A stretch of 64,000 nucleotides of DNA, from assembly GCA_040753015.1 (NCBI GenBank), contig JBFMHM010000004.1:10853-74852 (forward strand), in the 5' to 3' direction. The stretch is from Candidatus Omnitrophota bacterium. Its GTDB lineage: Bacteria > Omnitrophota > Gorgyraeia > Gygaellales > JBFMHM01. Made by a program: the position numbers and the translations under genes. This document shows positions 9,949-19,993 of this stretch, piece by piece; the first letter of the stretch is position 1; the number at the start of each line of letters is the position of its first letter. The notes under the pieces were generated by a model. That model was not told where the DNA came from and did no database searches. It saw only the letters and a list, made by a program, of their open reading frames with translations.

Positions 9949-10049
9949 AATATTGCTTAATTTTTTTCCTGATCATAATTTATCGCGCGAATCGGATAAA
10001 GGCAGCAATGTCTCTAAATTTTTCTGCATCTATTCCTCCTGTAGAAATA

Positions 10050-11177
10050 TTAACTTAAGCTCTTGCGGAATTTAAGAGCGCTGAAACTAATAACTAATAA
10101 CCCCATAATTAATAATGGCAACAGTTGTTCCCAAAGAATCTCAATACCCACTCCCTTCAAAAATATACTCCTGATAATTACCATAAAATAACGCAAAGGA
10201 TTAAAAAATGTTGCATATTGAATAACCTGTGGCATATTAGCTATAGGATAAGCAAATCCGGATAAAAGAACCGTTGGCATATAAAAAAGGAAGACTGACA
10301 TTAATGCTTCTTGCTGAGTCGCAGATATTGTAGAAATAAATAAGCCGATACCCAGAGTAGTAATTAAATATACACAACTAGAAAATAATAATAAAATAAC
10401 ATTGCCTCTTAGAGGTATATGAAACCAAGCAACACCAAGCGCTGTAATAAGCGTAATTTGAATAAGAGCGATTATAGCAAAAGGAAACAGTTTACCAATA
10501 ATAAGCTCAATAGGCTTTATAGGGCTTACAATTAATTGCTCCATGGTGCCGATTTCTTTTTCTTTCACTATTGCCATAGAGCTAAGCATTAGCGACATTA
10601 CTGTTACAATTGTTGCAACAACCCCCGGTAAATAATAGTCTCTCGAAACAAGATTTCCATTAAACCAAGCACGATCTCTTAAGTCTACCCTTGGTACGCT
10701 TAGCTTATCCTGCTGGGCATCTATTTGATTCTGCATATATTGATTATTGTAATTGCCCACAATTGTATTTGCATAACCCATAACAATCATTGCTGTATTT
10801 GAATCTGTGCCATCATAAACAAGTTGCAAAGCGGCATCCTTGCGTGCTTTAATATTACGGCCAAAACCTCTGTCAATATGGATAACTATACTAGCCAGGC
10901 CTTTATCGAGAATCCAATTTTGATCACGATCGCTATCAATATAATGTTCTGGTACAAAATATTTAGAATAAGTAAAACGGCGCAACAACTCACGGCTCTC
11001 AACTGTATTGTCGCGATCGAAAATTGCAGTAGGAACAATATTAATATCTTTATTTGCAGCATAGCCAAAAAGAATTATTTGGATTAATGGAGAAATGAAA
11101 ATAACTGTCTTCATCCGCGGATCACGAAAAACTTGTTTAAATTCTTTTGTAAGTATCGCTATTATTCTCTCAAACAT
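10050..11177 (-). CDS. ABC-2 permease (YbhR-like)
   Basis: KEFKQVFRD, EKEIGTMEQL and LLSGFAYPI motifs. Confidence 0.9.
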   Translation of the reverse strand: MFERIIAILTKEFKQVFRDPRMKTVIFISPLIQIILFGYAANKDINIVPTAIFDRDNTVESRELLRRFTYSKYFVPEHYIDSDRDQNWILDKGLASIVIHIDRGFGRNIKARKDAALQLVYDGTDSNTAMIVMGYANTIVGNYNNQYMQNQIDAQQDKLSVPRVDLRDRAWFNGNLVSRDYYLPGVVATIVTVMSLMLSSMAIVKEKEIGTMEQLIVSPIKPIELIIGKLFPFAIIALIQITLITALGVAWFHIPLRGNVILLLFSSCVYLITTLGIGLFISTISATQQEALMSVFLFYMPTVLLSGFAYPIANMPQVIQYATFFNPLRYFMVIIRSIFLKGVGIEILWEQLLPLLIMGLLVISFSALKFRKSLS

Positions 11178-11178
11178 A

Positions 11179-12312
11179 TCAAATTACCTTTTTTTTGAAC
11201 TTCTTGATTGCAATACCAAACATAATAAGTGCAAACAATAATAAAAATAGGCCCTCATCCCACATAACCAATATACCGCTGCCTTTTAAAAATAGATTCC
11301 TTAGTATAACAATATAATACCTAGCAGGTATAAAGTAAGTAACCAATTGCAGTATTTTCGGCATATTAAAAATTGGATAAATGAATCCAGATAAAAGTAC
11401 GGCAGGCAAAAGAGTGCTCAAACTTGCAAGCTGCGATGCCATTAATTGTGTTCTTGCTACTACAGAAATTAATATGCCTTGCGACAGCGCACCGGTCAAG
11501 AAAAGAGCACTTAAAGATATTAACACCAAATAATTCCCCCGAAAAGGAACATGAAATATGAACTGCCCCATTAAAACTCCAATCGCAAGATCGAAAAAAC
11601 CGATTACAAAATAAGGTATAAATTTTCCAATAATAAGTTCGGGTGCCTTAACAGGGGTAGAGATAAGCTGTTCCATCGTGCCTCTTTCCCATTCACGAGC
11701 GATACAAATTGATGTAAGTAGTGCCGCGATAATCATAATAATAATCCCAATAACTCCGGGAACAATAAACCATGTACTTGTAAGCCCCGAATTATACCAA
11801 ATTCTCGGACGAGAATCTACTGATACAGGCGGAATCAAACCCTTATTTTGAAAAGCAGTAGTTAAAAGATTTGCATTATAATTAGCAACAACTGTCTGCA
11901 CATAACCCCTTGCAATTGTTGCTGTGTTGGCATCACTTCCGTCTATTATTAATTGTACTTGGGCTTGTCTTCCAGACCTTATATAATGAGAAAAATCCTT
12001 AGGTATAACTAAAGCCATTAATACTTTTCCATTATTGATCATATGTTCAATATCCCTATAATTATCAGTGTAATGAATTATTTTAAAATATTTAGAGTTT
12101 TTAAAATTAAGCAAGAAATCACGGCTAAACTGCGAACCATCCTGGTTCCAAACAACGGTGCGGACATGATCAATATCTAAAGAAAGGCCGTAACCAAATA
12201 TAAATAATAGAAAAATCGGAATTGCTAATCCTAGGCCTAAAGAACGCGGGTCACGTTTAATCTGAATAAATTCTTTTTTACTTACAGCCATAACTCTTTT
12301 AAAATTCATCAT
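11179..12312 (-). CDS. ABC-2 permease (YbhS-like)
   Basis: KEFIQIKRD, REWERGTMEQL motifs. Confidence 0.9.
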   Translation of the reverse strand: MMNFKRVMAVSKKEFIQIKRDPRSLGLGLAIPIFLLFIFGYGLSLDIDHVRTVVWNQDGSQFSRDFLLNFKNSKYFKIIHYTDNYRDIEHMINNGKVLMALVIPKDFSHYIRSGRQAQVQLIIDGSDANTATIARGYVQTVVANYNANLLTTAFQNKGLIPPVSVDSRPRIWYNSGLTSTWFIVPGVIGIIIMIIAALLTSICIAREWERGTMEQLISTPVKAPELIIGKFIPYFVIGFFDLAIGVLMGQFIFHVPFRGNYLVLISLSALFLTGALSQGILISVVARTQLMASQLASLSTLLPAVLLSGFIYPIFNMPKILQLVTYFIPARYYIVILRNLFLKGSGILVMWDEGLFLLLFALIMFGIAIKKFKKKVI

Positions 12313-13256
12313 TTAACCGGGTGCTCCCTATCATAGGTCTCTATAGCGGAAACAAAAACATCTTCAAGAGAAGGCACAATCTTATTTATAGAATATTTAG
12401 ATATCCCTGCTTGTATAAAAACATCTTTTACCGCTTGAATAACAAGTGTCGTTTCATACGCCACAACATGCAAATTTATCCCAAAAAGAGCGGCTTCTTT
12501 TACCTGAGGGATTTTTTTAATTTTGTCCAACCAGTCTTCGGGATTATCCACTATAATTTCAAGCACATCTTGTTTCATCTGTTCTGTTTTCATTTGTAAA
12601 GGCGTGCCCATAGCAATAATATTACCTTTATAAATTAATACCATACGATCACAATTTTCTGCTTCGTCCATGTAATGAGTAGTAACAAAAACGGTTACTC
12701 CCTTGCCTGACAACTCTTTAATAATACTCCAGAAATTCGAACGAGTTATCGGGTCAACGCCTGATGTTGGCTCATCAAGAAATATAATCTTTGGTTGATG
12801 TAAAAGCGCGCATCCTAAAGCTAAACGCTGTTTCCATCCGCCTGAAATAGTGCGAGTAAGACGATTACGAAAACTACTAATGTCGGCAACACGAATCACT
12901 TCCTCTGTGCGCTCTCTACGTAATTCTCGAGGTATCTTGTATATACCGCTATAAAAGGAAATGTTTTCTTCTACAGTAAGATCATCATAAAGAGAAAATT
13001 TTTGCGACATATAACCAATATGCTCTTTTATACTATGTTGTTCTTTTACAATATCGTATCCGCCTACACACCCAGATCCAGACGTAGGCCGGATAATTCC
13101 ACATAACATTCTTATTGTAGTAGACTTACCTGCACCATTAGGCCCAAGAAACCCATAAATTTCACCTTGCTTAACTTCAAAATTAATTTTATTTACTGCG
13201 GTAAAATCGCCGAATTTTTTTTCTAAATTTTGCACGCTAACAGCAATATTGTCCAT
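12309..13256 (-). CDS. ABC transporter ATP-binding protein (YbhF C-half-like)
   Basis: GPNGAGKST, ISGG, LDEPTSGVDP. Confidence 0.92.
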   Translation of the reverse strand: MDNIAVSVQNLEKKFGDFTAVNKINFEVKQGEIYGFLGPNGAGKSTTIRMLCGIIRPTSGSGCVGGYDIVKEQHSIKEHIGYMSQKFSLYDDLTVEENISFYSGIYKIPRELRRERTEEVIRVADISSFRNRLTRTISGGWKQRLALGCALLHQPKIIFLDEPTSGVDPITRSNFWSIIKELSGKGVTVFVTTHYMDEAENCDRMVLIYKGNIIAMGTPLQMKTEQMKQDVLEIIVDNPEDWLDKIKKIPQVKEAALFGINLHVVAYETTLVIQAVKDVFIQAGISKYSINKIVPSLEDVFVSAIETYDREHPVK

Positions 13257-13268
13257 ATTTTATGTTTC

Positions 13269-13291
13269 GGGAAACAGGTATACCTGTCCCC
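13269..13291. repeat. Short GC-rich intergenic palindrome GGGAAACAGG-TATA-CCTGTCCCC
   Basis: Inverted repeat read directly in the 40-bp gap between the two ATPase genes. Confidence 0.6.
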
Positions 13292-13296
13292 TACAA

Positions 13297-14031
13297 TTAT
13301 AATTTTGATTCGTATTCTTTAATTATTGTAACAAAAGCCTCTTCGAGGCTTTTTGCGTTACATTCTTTTTTTATCTTATCAGGAGAATCGCAGCGTAAAA
13401 GTTTACCTCTATGTATCAAACCAACTCTACGGCAACGTTCAGCTTCATCCAAATAACATGTAGAATAAAGTATTGTTACCTTTTCCTTTAATAAATCATA
13501 TAGTATATTCCAAAAATCTCTGCGAGATACTGGATCGACACCATTAGTTGGTTCATCTAAAAAAAGCACGCGGGGCGTATGCACTAAAGCACAAGCAAGG
13601 CCGAGTTTTTGCTTCATCCCTCCTGAAAGCTTACCTGCAAATCTTTGCTTGAATGGCAGTAACCCGGAAAAACCAAGTAAGCGATCAATTGTTGCCTCTC
13701 TGCCTTTTTTTGGCACACCAAATAAATCAGCATAAAAATCCAGATTCTCTAGAACAGTCAGCTCTTCATATAAACCAAAACGTTGTGACATATAGGCAAT
13801 ATTATCCTTAAGTATTTCTGATTCTTTAATAATATGCCTGTTGTATACCCAGCCCTCTCCGCTGGTTGGGTTAAGAATACCGGTCAAAAGACGCATAGTC
13901 GTAGTTTTACCAGCGCCATCAGGACCAACTAAACCAAAAATTTCGCCTTCATTAATTTCAAGGTTAAGATTATCAACGGCTGCATGATCGTTAAATTTCT
14001 TTGTGAGGTTAACTGCCTTGATTGTTATCAT
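13297..14031 (-). CDS. ABC transporter ATP-binding protein (YbhF N-half-like)
   Basis: GPDGAGKTT, LSGGMKQK, LDEPTNGVDP. Confidence 0.92.
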   Translation of the reverse strand: MITIKAVNLTKKFNDHAAVDNLNLEINEGEIFGLVGPDGAGKTTTMRLLTGILNPTSGEGWVYNRHIIKESEILKDNIAYMSQRFGLYEELTVLENLDFYADLFGVPKKGREATIDRLLGFSGLLPFKQRFAGKLSGGMKQKLGLACALVHTPRVLFLDEPTNGVDPVSRRDFWNILYDLLKEKVTILYSTCYLDEAERCRRVGLIHRGKLLRCDSPDKIKKECNAKSLEEAFVTIIKEYESKL

Positions 14032-14869
14032 CTTTGCAAATTATATATGCATCTGCGGGCATTCCCGGCTTTAATTCAAGAGTTGAATTATCAACCCTAA
14101 CCTTTATCCTGTATACATATTTTACCCTCTCTTCGGTTGTCTGAATATACTTAGGGGTGAATTCTGTTTGATCCGATATAAAAGAAACCCATCCTTCGTA
14201 TTTTTTCCCGGGGTAAGTATCTGTTTCTACATACGCTTTCTGGCCTAGTTTAACTTTTGCTAAATCAATCTCATTTATGTAAGCCGTAACCCAAATATTA
14301 TTTAAATCAATAGCTGTAAAAACTGGTGCGCCAATTTGCACAACTTCACCAGGTAGAGCGCTTTTTACTAAGATAAAACCATTTAACGGCGAAGCAAGTT
14401 CTGCAAAACCCAATCTTGTTTCTGCAAGCTCTAAAGAAGCCCTGTTTTTTTCAACATCTGCCTTTAGGGCATCGAATTTAGTTTTAGCAGAATCTCTTTG
14501 CTGCGTAGAAATTGCTCCGGCAATAAGCAGATTTTCTGCTCGTTCGTAATCAATTTTGGCAAGTTCATATTGGTAAATAGATGCATTGAGTTCAGACTTA
14601 GCGTTATCCCTTATTTTTGTTAATTCGTCTGTATTTAACCTTGCAACCGTATCTCCTAATTTTATTACCTCGCCCTCATCAGTCAAAAGTTCTATAATCT
14701 GGCCCTGCACACGAAAAGACATACGTACATCATCTCCCTCAATATTCCCGGATACTTTTATTTTTTTATTATTTTTAACCATTTCTTTATGAATAAACGC
14801 AAATATGAAATAAGACAATAAAGTCGCAAACCCTATTATTAATATTAATTTAATTCTTTTTTTCATCAT
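14009..14869 (-). CDS. HlyD/YbhG-family periplasmic adaptor
   Basis: N-terminal TM, EFTPKYIQT..ER..VYRIK and LKPGMPAD motifs. Confidence 0.9.
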   Translation of the reverse strand: MMKKRIKLILIIGFATLLSYFIFAFIHKEMVKNNKKIKVSGNIEGDDVRMSFRVQGQIIELLTDEGEVIKLGDTVARLNTDELTKIRDNAKSELNASIYQYELAKIDYERAENLLIAGAISTQQRDSAKTKFDALKADVEKNRASLELAETRLGFAELASPLNGFILVKSALPGEVVQIGAPVFTAIDLNNIWVTAYINEIDLAKVKLGQKAYVETDTYPGKKYEGWVSFISDQTEFTPKYIQTTEERVKYVYRIKVRVDNSTLELKPGMPADAYIICKDDNNQGS

Positions 14870-16262
14870 GACTTTTCTCCCTGTCTGCCGTCAGGCAGGC
14901 TTTTAATGTTTCTTTGCCCCTTGTTTTATCAAGAAATGCTTTTGCCATAAGATAATCATAAATTCCTTCAACATAATTTTTATCAACTACGCTCAATGAT
15001 ACCTGCGCATCCAAAACATCTAAATTTGTACCTACTCCGCAATCATAACTAACGTTTGCTATCTTTAAAGCTTCCCTGGCTTCATCAATACTATCTCTTT
15101 CATATTCGATTATTGTATTAGCCTCGTTTAGATCTAAACAAGCACGTCTAATATCAACAACTAATTGATCAATTAAATTCTCTTTTTCTATTATCGTTTG
15201 CGCATATCTGGCTTTTGCCTCTTCAACTTTTGCCTTTGTTGAAAAAGCATCAAATATAGGAATAGTTACAGCTACCCCCCCGCTCCAATTACTATGCCGC
15301 GAATTAAACATATTATTCCAATTGTTCGACCTATAATTATAATTTAAACTCGCATCTATCTGAGGAAGGCCACTAGCTCTGGCTATTTTTATATCTAATT
15401 TACTTATATCTATCCCTAGTATCTTTAAAATCATTTGAGGATTATTAATATATGCTTCACTCAAAAATACTTTTTCTTTAATTTCAATAACATCCTGCTC
15501 CAGCTTATCTTTCAAAATTATTTTAGAAAACATATTAATACCTATTAATTTTTTTAATTCTTCTGTGATTAAATCTACGGAATTTACTGCCTTAACAAGC
15601 TCTGGCATCACTTTAGATACCTGAACTTTTGATTGAAGAACATCAAATTTAGAAGACGTGCCTTGCTCAAACCTACGCTTGACATCCTCGTAATGCATCT
15701 TTGCCTGATCAACTAAATTTCTTGATATGCGCTCTGTTTCATAAGCCAGAAGTAAACCATAATAAAGACGCTTCACTTCAAATTCTATTAAAAGCTTTTT
15801 AAAACGCAGGGTTTCTTCTTGAGCAGTTAACTCAACTTTTGAACGCTTTAAATTTGCAATGTTTGCTCCGCCTGTATATACTTCATCGGTCAATGAAAGC
15901 CCTAATTGATTATCATTTCTATAGCCGGTGAAAATCCCTGGATCTTTCTTACCTGTTGTTGTTGATGATCCGAGCACGGCATTATTATGCGTGAAGGAAG
16001 CGCCAAGATTGAGTTTGGGTAAAAGCCTGCTTCTTGCCTTAATTATACTAGCTTTAGCAAACTCAATTTGCTGCTCCTGAATTCGTATATCATCATTATT
16101 CTTATAGGCAAACTCGATAGCATCATCAAGCGAAATATAAAAAACATTCTCCTTGCCTATTTCCTGAGAAAAACAATAAGAACTTATGAATGAAATTAGA
16201 ATTATTAAGACTAATATCTTATATTTTTTCTTATCTGGCAACCATCGCTCCTTTTTATGCAA
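14850..16262 (-). CDS. TolC-family outer membrane efflux protein
   Basis: Signal peptide, duplicated OEP pattern (RFEQGTSSKFDVLQS / YDCGVGTNLDVLDA). Confidence 0.9.
   Translation of the reverse strand: MHKKERWLPDKKKYKILVLIILISFISSYCFSQEIGKENVFYISLDDAIEFAYKNNDDIRIQEQQIEFAKASIIKARSRLLPKLNLGASFTHNNAVLGSSTTTGKKDPGIFTGYRNDNQLGLSLTDEVYTGGANIANLKRSKVELTAQEETLRFKKLLIEFEVKRLYYGLLLAYETERISRNLVDQAKMHYEDVKRRFEQGTSSKFDVLQSKVQVSKVMPELVKAVNSVDLITEELKKLIGINMFSKIILKDKLEQDVIEIKEKVFLSEAYINNPQMILKILGIDISKLDIKIARASGLPQIDASLNYNYRSNNWNNMFNSRHSNWSGGVAVTIPIFDAFSTKAKVEEAKARYAQTIIEKENLIDQLVVDIRRACLDLNEANTIIEYERDSIDEAREALKIANVSYDCGVGTNLDVLDAQVSLSVVDKNYVEGIYDYLMAKAFLDKTRGKETLKACLTADREKSHDEKKN
14880..14899. repeat. 20-bp palindromic insertion CCTGTCTG-CCGT-CAGGCAGG in the tolC 3' end
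   Basis: Removing it restores ...LKGEKS-TGA overlapping the hlyD ATG and an AAAGGAG RBS. Confidence 0.8.
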
Positions 16263-16524
16263 TTTTACACAGGCTAAAAGTTTTAAAAACCATTGCTTTC
16301 AACTCATTATATACAGGGTATTTCATATTTGCCTTAAAAAATCTGGCATTTGCCTTATATTCACTCAAAAGAATACCCTGTTTTTCTAAATTATATAATG
16401 TGCGTTGGAAAACACCCGGCTTTTTTTTCAAAATCCTGCCAATCTCATGCATATAATAAGCATGATTTGGATTATCAAAAAAAAGCTTTAGAAGCCGAAT
16501 CTTATTCTTTGCCAAATCTCTCAT
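16255..16524 (-). CDS. Small winged-helix DNA-binding protein, probable operon regulator
   Basis: LLKLFFDNP..YYMHEIGRIL...FQRTLYNLEKQGIL wHTH pattern; first gene of the efflux operon. Confidence 0.7.
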   Translation of the reverse strand: MRDLAKNKIRLLKLFFDNPNHAYYMHEIGRILKKKPGVFQRTLYNLEKQGILLSEYKANARFFKANMKYPVYNELKAMVFKTFSLCKIA

Positions 16525-16545
16525 AATATTTATATATATTCATTG

Positions 16546-16582
16546 TGCATACAATTATATGCATCTAACATATTAGAGTCAA
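16546..16582 (-). promoter_or_regulatory. Sigma70 promoter (TTGACT-17-TATAAT) overlapped by palindromic operator TGCATA-N6-TATGCA
   Basis: -35 at 16582-16577, -10 at 16559-16554; palindrome at 16546-16563. Confidence 0.75.
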
Positions 16583-16705
16583 GATATATTTAATATATGC
16601 ATTATGCATACATTAATATGTCTATTGCATATATAGAACTGTATTTATATATGTATTTAGCATATATTTATATGTATTTAGCATACAAAATTTAAAAAAA
16701 ATATA

Positions 16706-17062
16706 TTATCTCTTATAAATATCTAGAATATCTCCCGTGTCTTTATCAATAAAAACCCATATATCGCGATGCGGCGGCTTAAACTGGAAAAAAACTATCT
16801 TATAATTTTCTAAAAATCCCTTTTTTATAATTCCAAAAATGGCAATATTGTCTAAAACGATTATTTTATTAATTTTACTTTCCCAAAGCTTATTCTCTTC
16901 ATCGTAAGTTACCTCCACCCCTTCAAGAGACAAACCATCCAAGAGAAGCCTATCACTTGCGATTTTTATTGCTTCGTCTTTTGTTATTTCTTTGGCATAA
17001 GATTGTAAAGCCAAAGAGGGAATTATAACCATAGCGATAATAAATAATATTTTTTTATACAT
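16706..17062 (-). CDS. Secreted hypothetical protein (PepSY-like)
   Basis: Signal peptide; ITKDEAIKIA ... VFIDKDTGDIL pattern. Confidence 0.6.
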   Translation of the reverse strand: MYKKILFIIAMVIIPSLALQSYAKEITKDEAIKIASDRLLLDGLSLEGVEVTYDEENKLWESKINKIIVLDNIAIFGIIKKGFLENYKIVFFQFKPPHRDIWVFIDKDTGDILDIYKR

Positions 17063-17119
17063 ATTGTTCCTTTAATAAATTATTATAAGAAAAATAAGTA
17101 AAATTACAAGATAAATTGA

Positions 17120-17971
17120 TCAATATTTATGCACGAATTTTGCGCTTAATATGGAAAGTATAAAACATATACTAGCAACTAAAACAATTGTAGCACCAGA
17201 TGCAGCAAGCCAATAATATGATAGAATCAAACCTGTAACACCTGAAAAAATACTTATAATTACCGCCCATAATGTATACATATGAATATTCTTGGCAAAA
17301 TTACGGCTTGATGCAGCAGGTAAAACTAATAATGAATTAACTATTAAAATGCCAACCAAACGTATCGACATCATAACAACAACTGCAAGGACTATAGAAA
17401 AACTTAATTCTACGAAAGATGTATTAATCAATCGGCTGCGCGCTAAAGATGTATTAATGCTTGTAAGTATTAACGCATTTGAAACTATATACCAATAAAT
17501 TACTACAAAAATAAATATGCCGGCAAGCCAGATTAAATCATTCTGGCTCACCGCTAAAACATCACCAATTAGATAATTCGTGTATTTAACAAATCCTCCC
17601 TGCCTGCTCAAGATAACAATCCCTAGCGATACAATAAATGCAAAAAATACGCCTAAAACTGTATCCATCGAACTTTTTATTATATTTTTGACCATATTAA
17701 TCGCGGCCGCTAAAATTATCGCAAGAACAACCATTGGTAAAGTAGGTTCATAAAAACCTAGAATTACGCCGATAGCAATACCAGTCAAAGCTGAATGTCC
17801 TAGAACTTCAGTAAAAAAAACCATACGGTTGCTTACTACCATAGTACCCAATAACGCAAATAAAGGAGTTATCAATAAAACCGCTAGAAGCGAATTATTC
17901 ATAAATGTATATTTTGTCCAGCTGAACGGAATCATATGCATCAGGCTATGCCAAGCATCAATGACTGCCAT
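17120..17971 (-). CDS. znuB: Zn/Mn ABC transporter permease
   Basis: GHSALTGIA, VGILIVNSLLVLPAA motifs. Confidence 0.85.
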   Translation of the reverse strand: MAVIDAWHSLMHMIPFSWTKYTFMNNSLLAVLLITPLFALLGTMVVSNRMVFFTEVLGHSALTGIAIGVILGFYEPTLPMVVLAIILAAAINMVKNIIKSSMDTVLGVFFAFIVSLGIVILSRQGGFVKYTNYLIGDVLAVSQNDLIWLAGIFIFVVIYWYIVSNALILTSINTSLARSRLINTSFVELSFSIVLAVVVMMSIRLVGILIVNSLLVLPAASSRNFAKNIHMYTLWAVIISIFSGVTGLILSYYWLAASGATIVLVASICFILSILSAKFVHKY

Positions 17972-18662
17972 TATCTTCGCCCTCTTTTTGTATTAATACG
18001 GTTTCATTAATCACAGAATGATTAAGAAGAATAATTCTGTCAGCACAAGAAGAAATACCTGCCAAATCGTGCGTAACCAAAATCACAGCAATATCATATT
18101 TTTTTTTCAATTCATTTACTATACTATAAAAAGCAGATAAACCTTCCGCATCAACCGCACTAACTGCTTCATCTAACAGTAATATATCAGGCTTAGGAGT
18201 CATTGCAATCGCAAGCAAAACCCGCTGCAATTCCCCTCCAGAAAGCTCTCCAATTTTTCTATTTAACAAATGTTCGGTTGAAAATAATGATAATACATCT
18301 TTTATTTTTACCAATAGTTCTTTAGTAATGCCTGTCCAAACGGGATACCTGCTAGTTGCTGATGCAGTAAAATCAGCTACGCTAATAGGCGAATTAAAAT
18401 CAAATTGTAATTTTTGTGGTACGTATCCTATTCTTGGCTTTTTAGATTCTTTACTGTTTATACGAAACGATATAGTACCTTTGTACGGTATTTCTCCCAA
18501 AATGGTGCGTAATAACGTGGTTTTTCCAGCGCCATTCGGGCCAACAACTGCAACAACCTCTCTACAATTAACATGTAAATTAACATTATCAAGGATAATA
18601 TTATTATTAAATTTAACGGTTAAATTCTTAATCTGCGTACAGCAATGCTCGCAAGTATTCAT
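17958..18662 (-). CDS. znuC: Zn/Mn ABC transporter ATPase
   Basis: GPNGAGKTT, IGYVPQ, LSGGELQR. Confidence 0.85.
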   Translation of the reverse strand: MNTCEHCCTQIKNLTVKFNNNIILDNVNLHVNCREVVAVVGPNGAGKTTLLRTILGEIPYKGTISFRINSKESKKPRIGYVPQKLQFDFNSPISVADFTASATSRYPVWTGITKELLVKIKDVLSLFSTEHLLNRKIGELSGGELQRVLLAIAMTPKPDILLLDEAVSAVDAEGLSAFYSIVNELKKKYDIAVILVTHDLAGISSCADRIILLNHSVINETVLIQKEGEDNGSH

Positions 18663-19510
18663 TCTTCTAGCGCCTTTTTAAGAACACTCAAATTATTTTC
18701 CATTATATTTATATAGGCGTCATAATCATCCGGGCCGGTCACTGCAGGATCAAGCACATATACCTTAATATGCGTTTCTCTAGAAATCACATTAACTGCA
18801 GAAGATGGATATTGAGGCTCACTAAACAAAACATTAACGCCGCTTTTTTTAATAAGTTCGATTGTGTCTTTAAGTTCTCTTGCACTAGGGGTACTTCCTG
18901 GTTCTCTCTCTACTACAGCTACAATATTAAAACCAAATTCTTTAGCAAAATAGGGGAACGCTTCGTGAAAAGTAACAATCGGCCTGCCTTTATAAGGAGC
19001 CAGCTCTTGGATCATTTTTTTACGTAATATTTCTAATTTTTCTATATATTCAAAAGTATTTTTTTGATATAACTTGGCATGATCTGGATCGAATTCTTCA
19101 AGGGCCATGCCTAAATTTTTAACTTCAATAATTGCATCAGATATACTTACCCATACATGGGGATTATCATTAATTAACTCGATACCCTTAGATAATTGTA
19201 CGATTTTTAAATGCGGATATTGTATTAAAATTTTATCTAAAAATGCTTCCATACCTGCACCATTTGCTATAAAAATATCTGCTTGGGAAAGCACCTTCAT
19301 ATCCCTTACTGTTAATCCGTAATCATGCAGACATCCTATATAAGCAGAGGTAAGATTTTCTAGAGAAATTCCGGGAATATCTCTAGTAACATTTTTAGCC
19401 ATAATATACATAGGATAAAATGATGTTACTATCTTAATTTCTTTTGCTTGGCTTGGCTGCGTAAAAAACAATATACTTAATAAAACTAGAACGATCTTCT
19501 TTTTAATCAT
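18659..19510 (-). CDS. znuA: Zn/Mn ABC transporter substrate-binding protein
   Basis: CLHDY, NPHVW and FHEAFPYF metal-ligand motifs. Confidence 0.85.
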   Translation of the reverse strand: MIKKKIVLVLLSILFFTQPSQAKEIKIVTSFYPMYIMAKNVTRDIPGISLENLTSAYIGCLHDYGLTVRDMKVLSQADIFIANGAGMEAFLDKILIQYPHLKIVQLSKGIELINDNPHVWVSISDAIIEVKNLGMALEEFDPDHAKLYQKNTFEYIEKLEILRKKMIQELAPYKGRPIVTFHEAFPYFAKEFGFNIVAVVEREPGSTPSARELKDTIELIKKSGVNVLFSEPQYPSSAVNVISRETHIKVYVLDPAVTGPDDYDAYINIMENNLSVLKKALEE

Positions 19511-19522
19511 AATTTAACTCGT

Positions 19523-19993
19523 CTAATCTCCTATTGAAAGTGTATCAAACATTATCTTATCTTCTTTGGTAAAATCATCTGCAAAAAGTGATACCGATAC
19601 TGTATCCATATCATCAGCAATATCTAAAAACACACACTCTGCTACAATATTCTGCCCCTCATTCATATCTTTTACTTCATCAATATTCTTAAAATATAAT
19701 AAAAGTGTATAAGTATTACTTTGGCTTGTCTTTTGCGGTTTAGTGATTAATTTATAATACATTTGCCCTTTATCGGTTCTCTCATCAAATTTCTTCCATT
19801 CCACAACATTCTCTACCTGGCCTTTTGCATCCATAGTTTCGTATCTGTATTGTTCTTTTAATGTTTTTTGCTGAATATCGGTAGATGCCTTAAATCTATC
19901 AACTAGATCGGGTATTTCTATCTTCTGGCAATAAGCTATTGAAATTGTCGTAAGTAAAAATAACACAGCAACAACTTTAACTTTAAATTTCAC
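19523..19993 (-). CDS. Secreted hypothetical protein (possible OB-fold); start revised to GTG 19993
   Basis: GGGGGGAG RBS before GTG; signal peptide. Confidence 0.6.
   Translation of the reverse strand: MKFKVKVVAVLFLLTTISIAYCQKIEIPDLVDRFKASTDIQQKTLKEQYRYETMDAKGQVENVVEWKKFDERTDKGQMYYKLITKPQKTSQSNTYTLLLYFKNIDEVKDMNEGQNIVAECVFLDIADDMDTVSVSLFADDFTKEDKIMFDTLSIGD

Noticed and set aside
16530-16700. CRISPR array or replication origin in the AT-rich repeat region
   Set aside because: No constant repeat-spacer periodicity, no cas genes, no DnaA-box cluster; better explained as promoter/operator DNA
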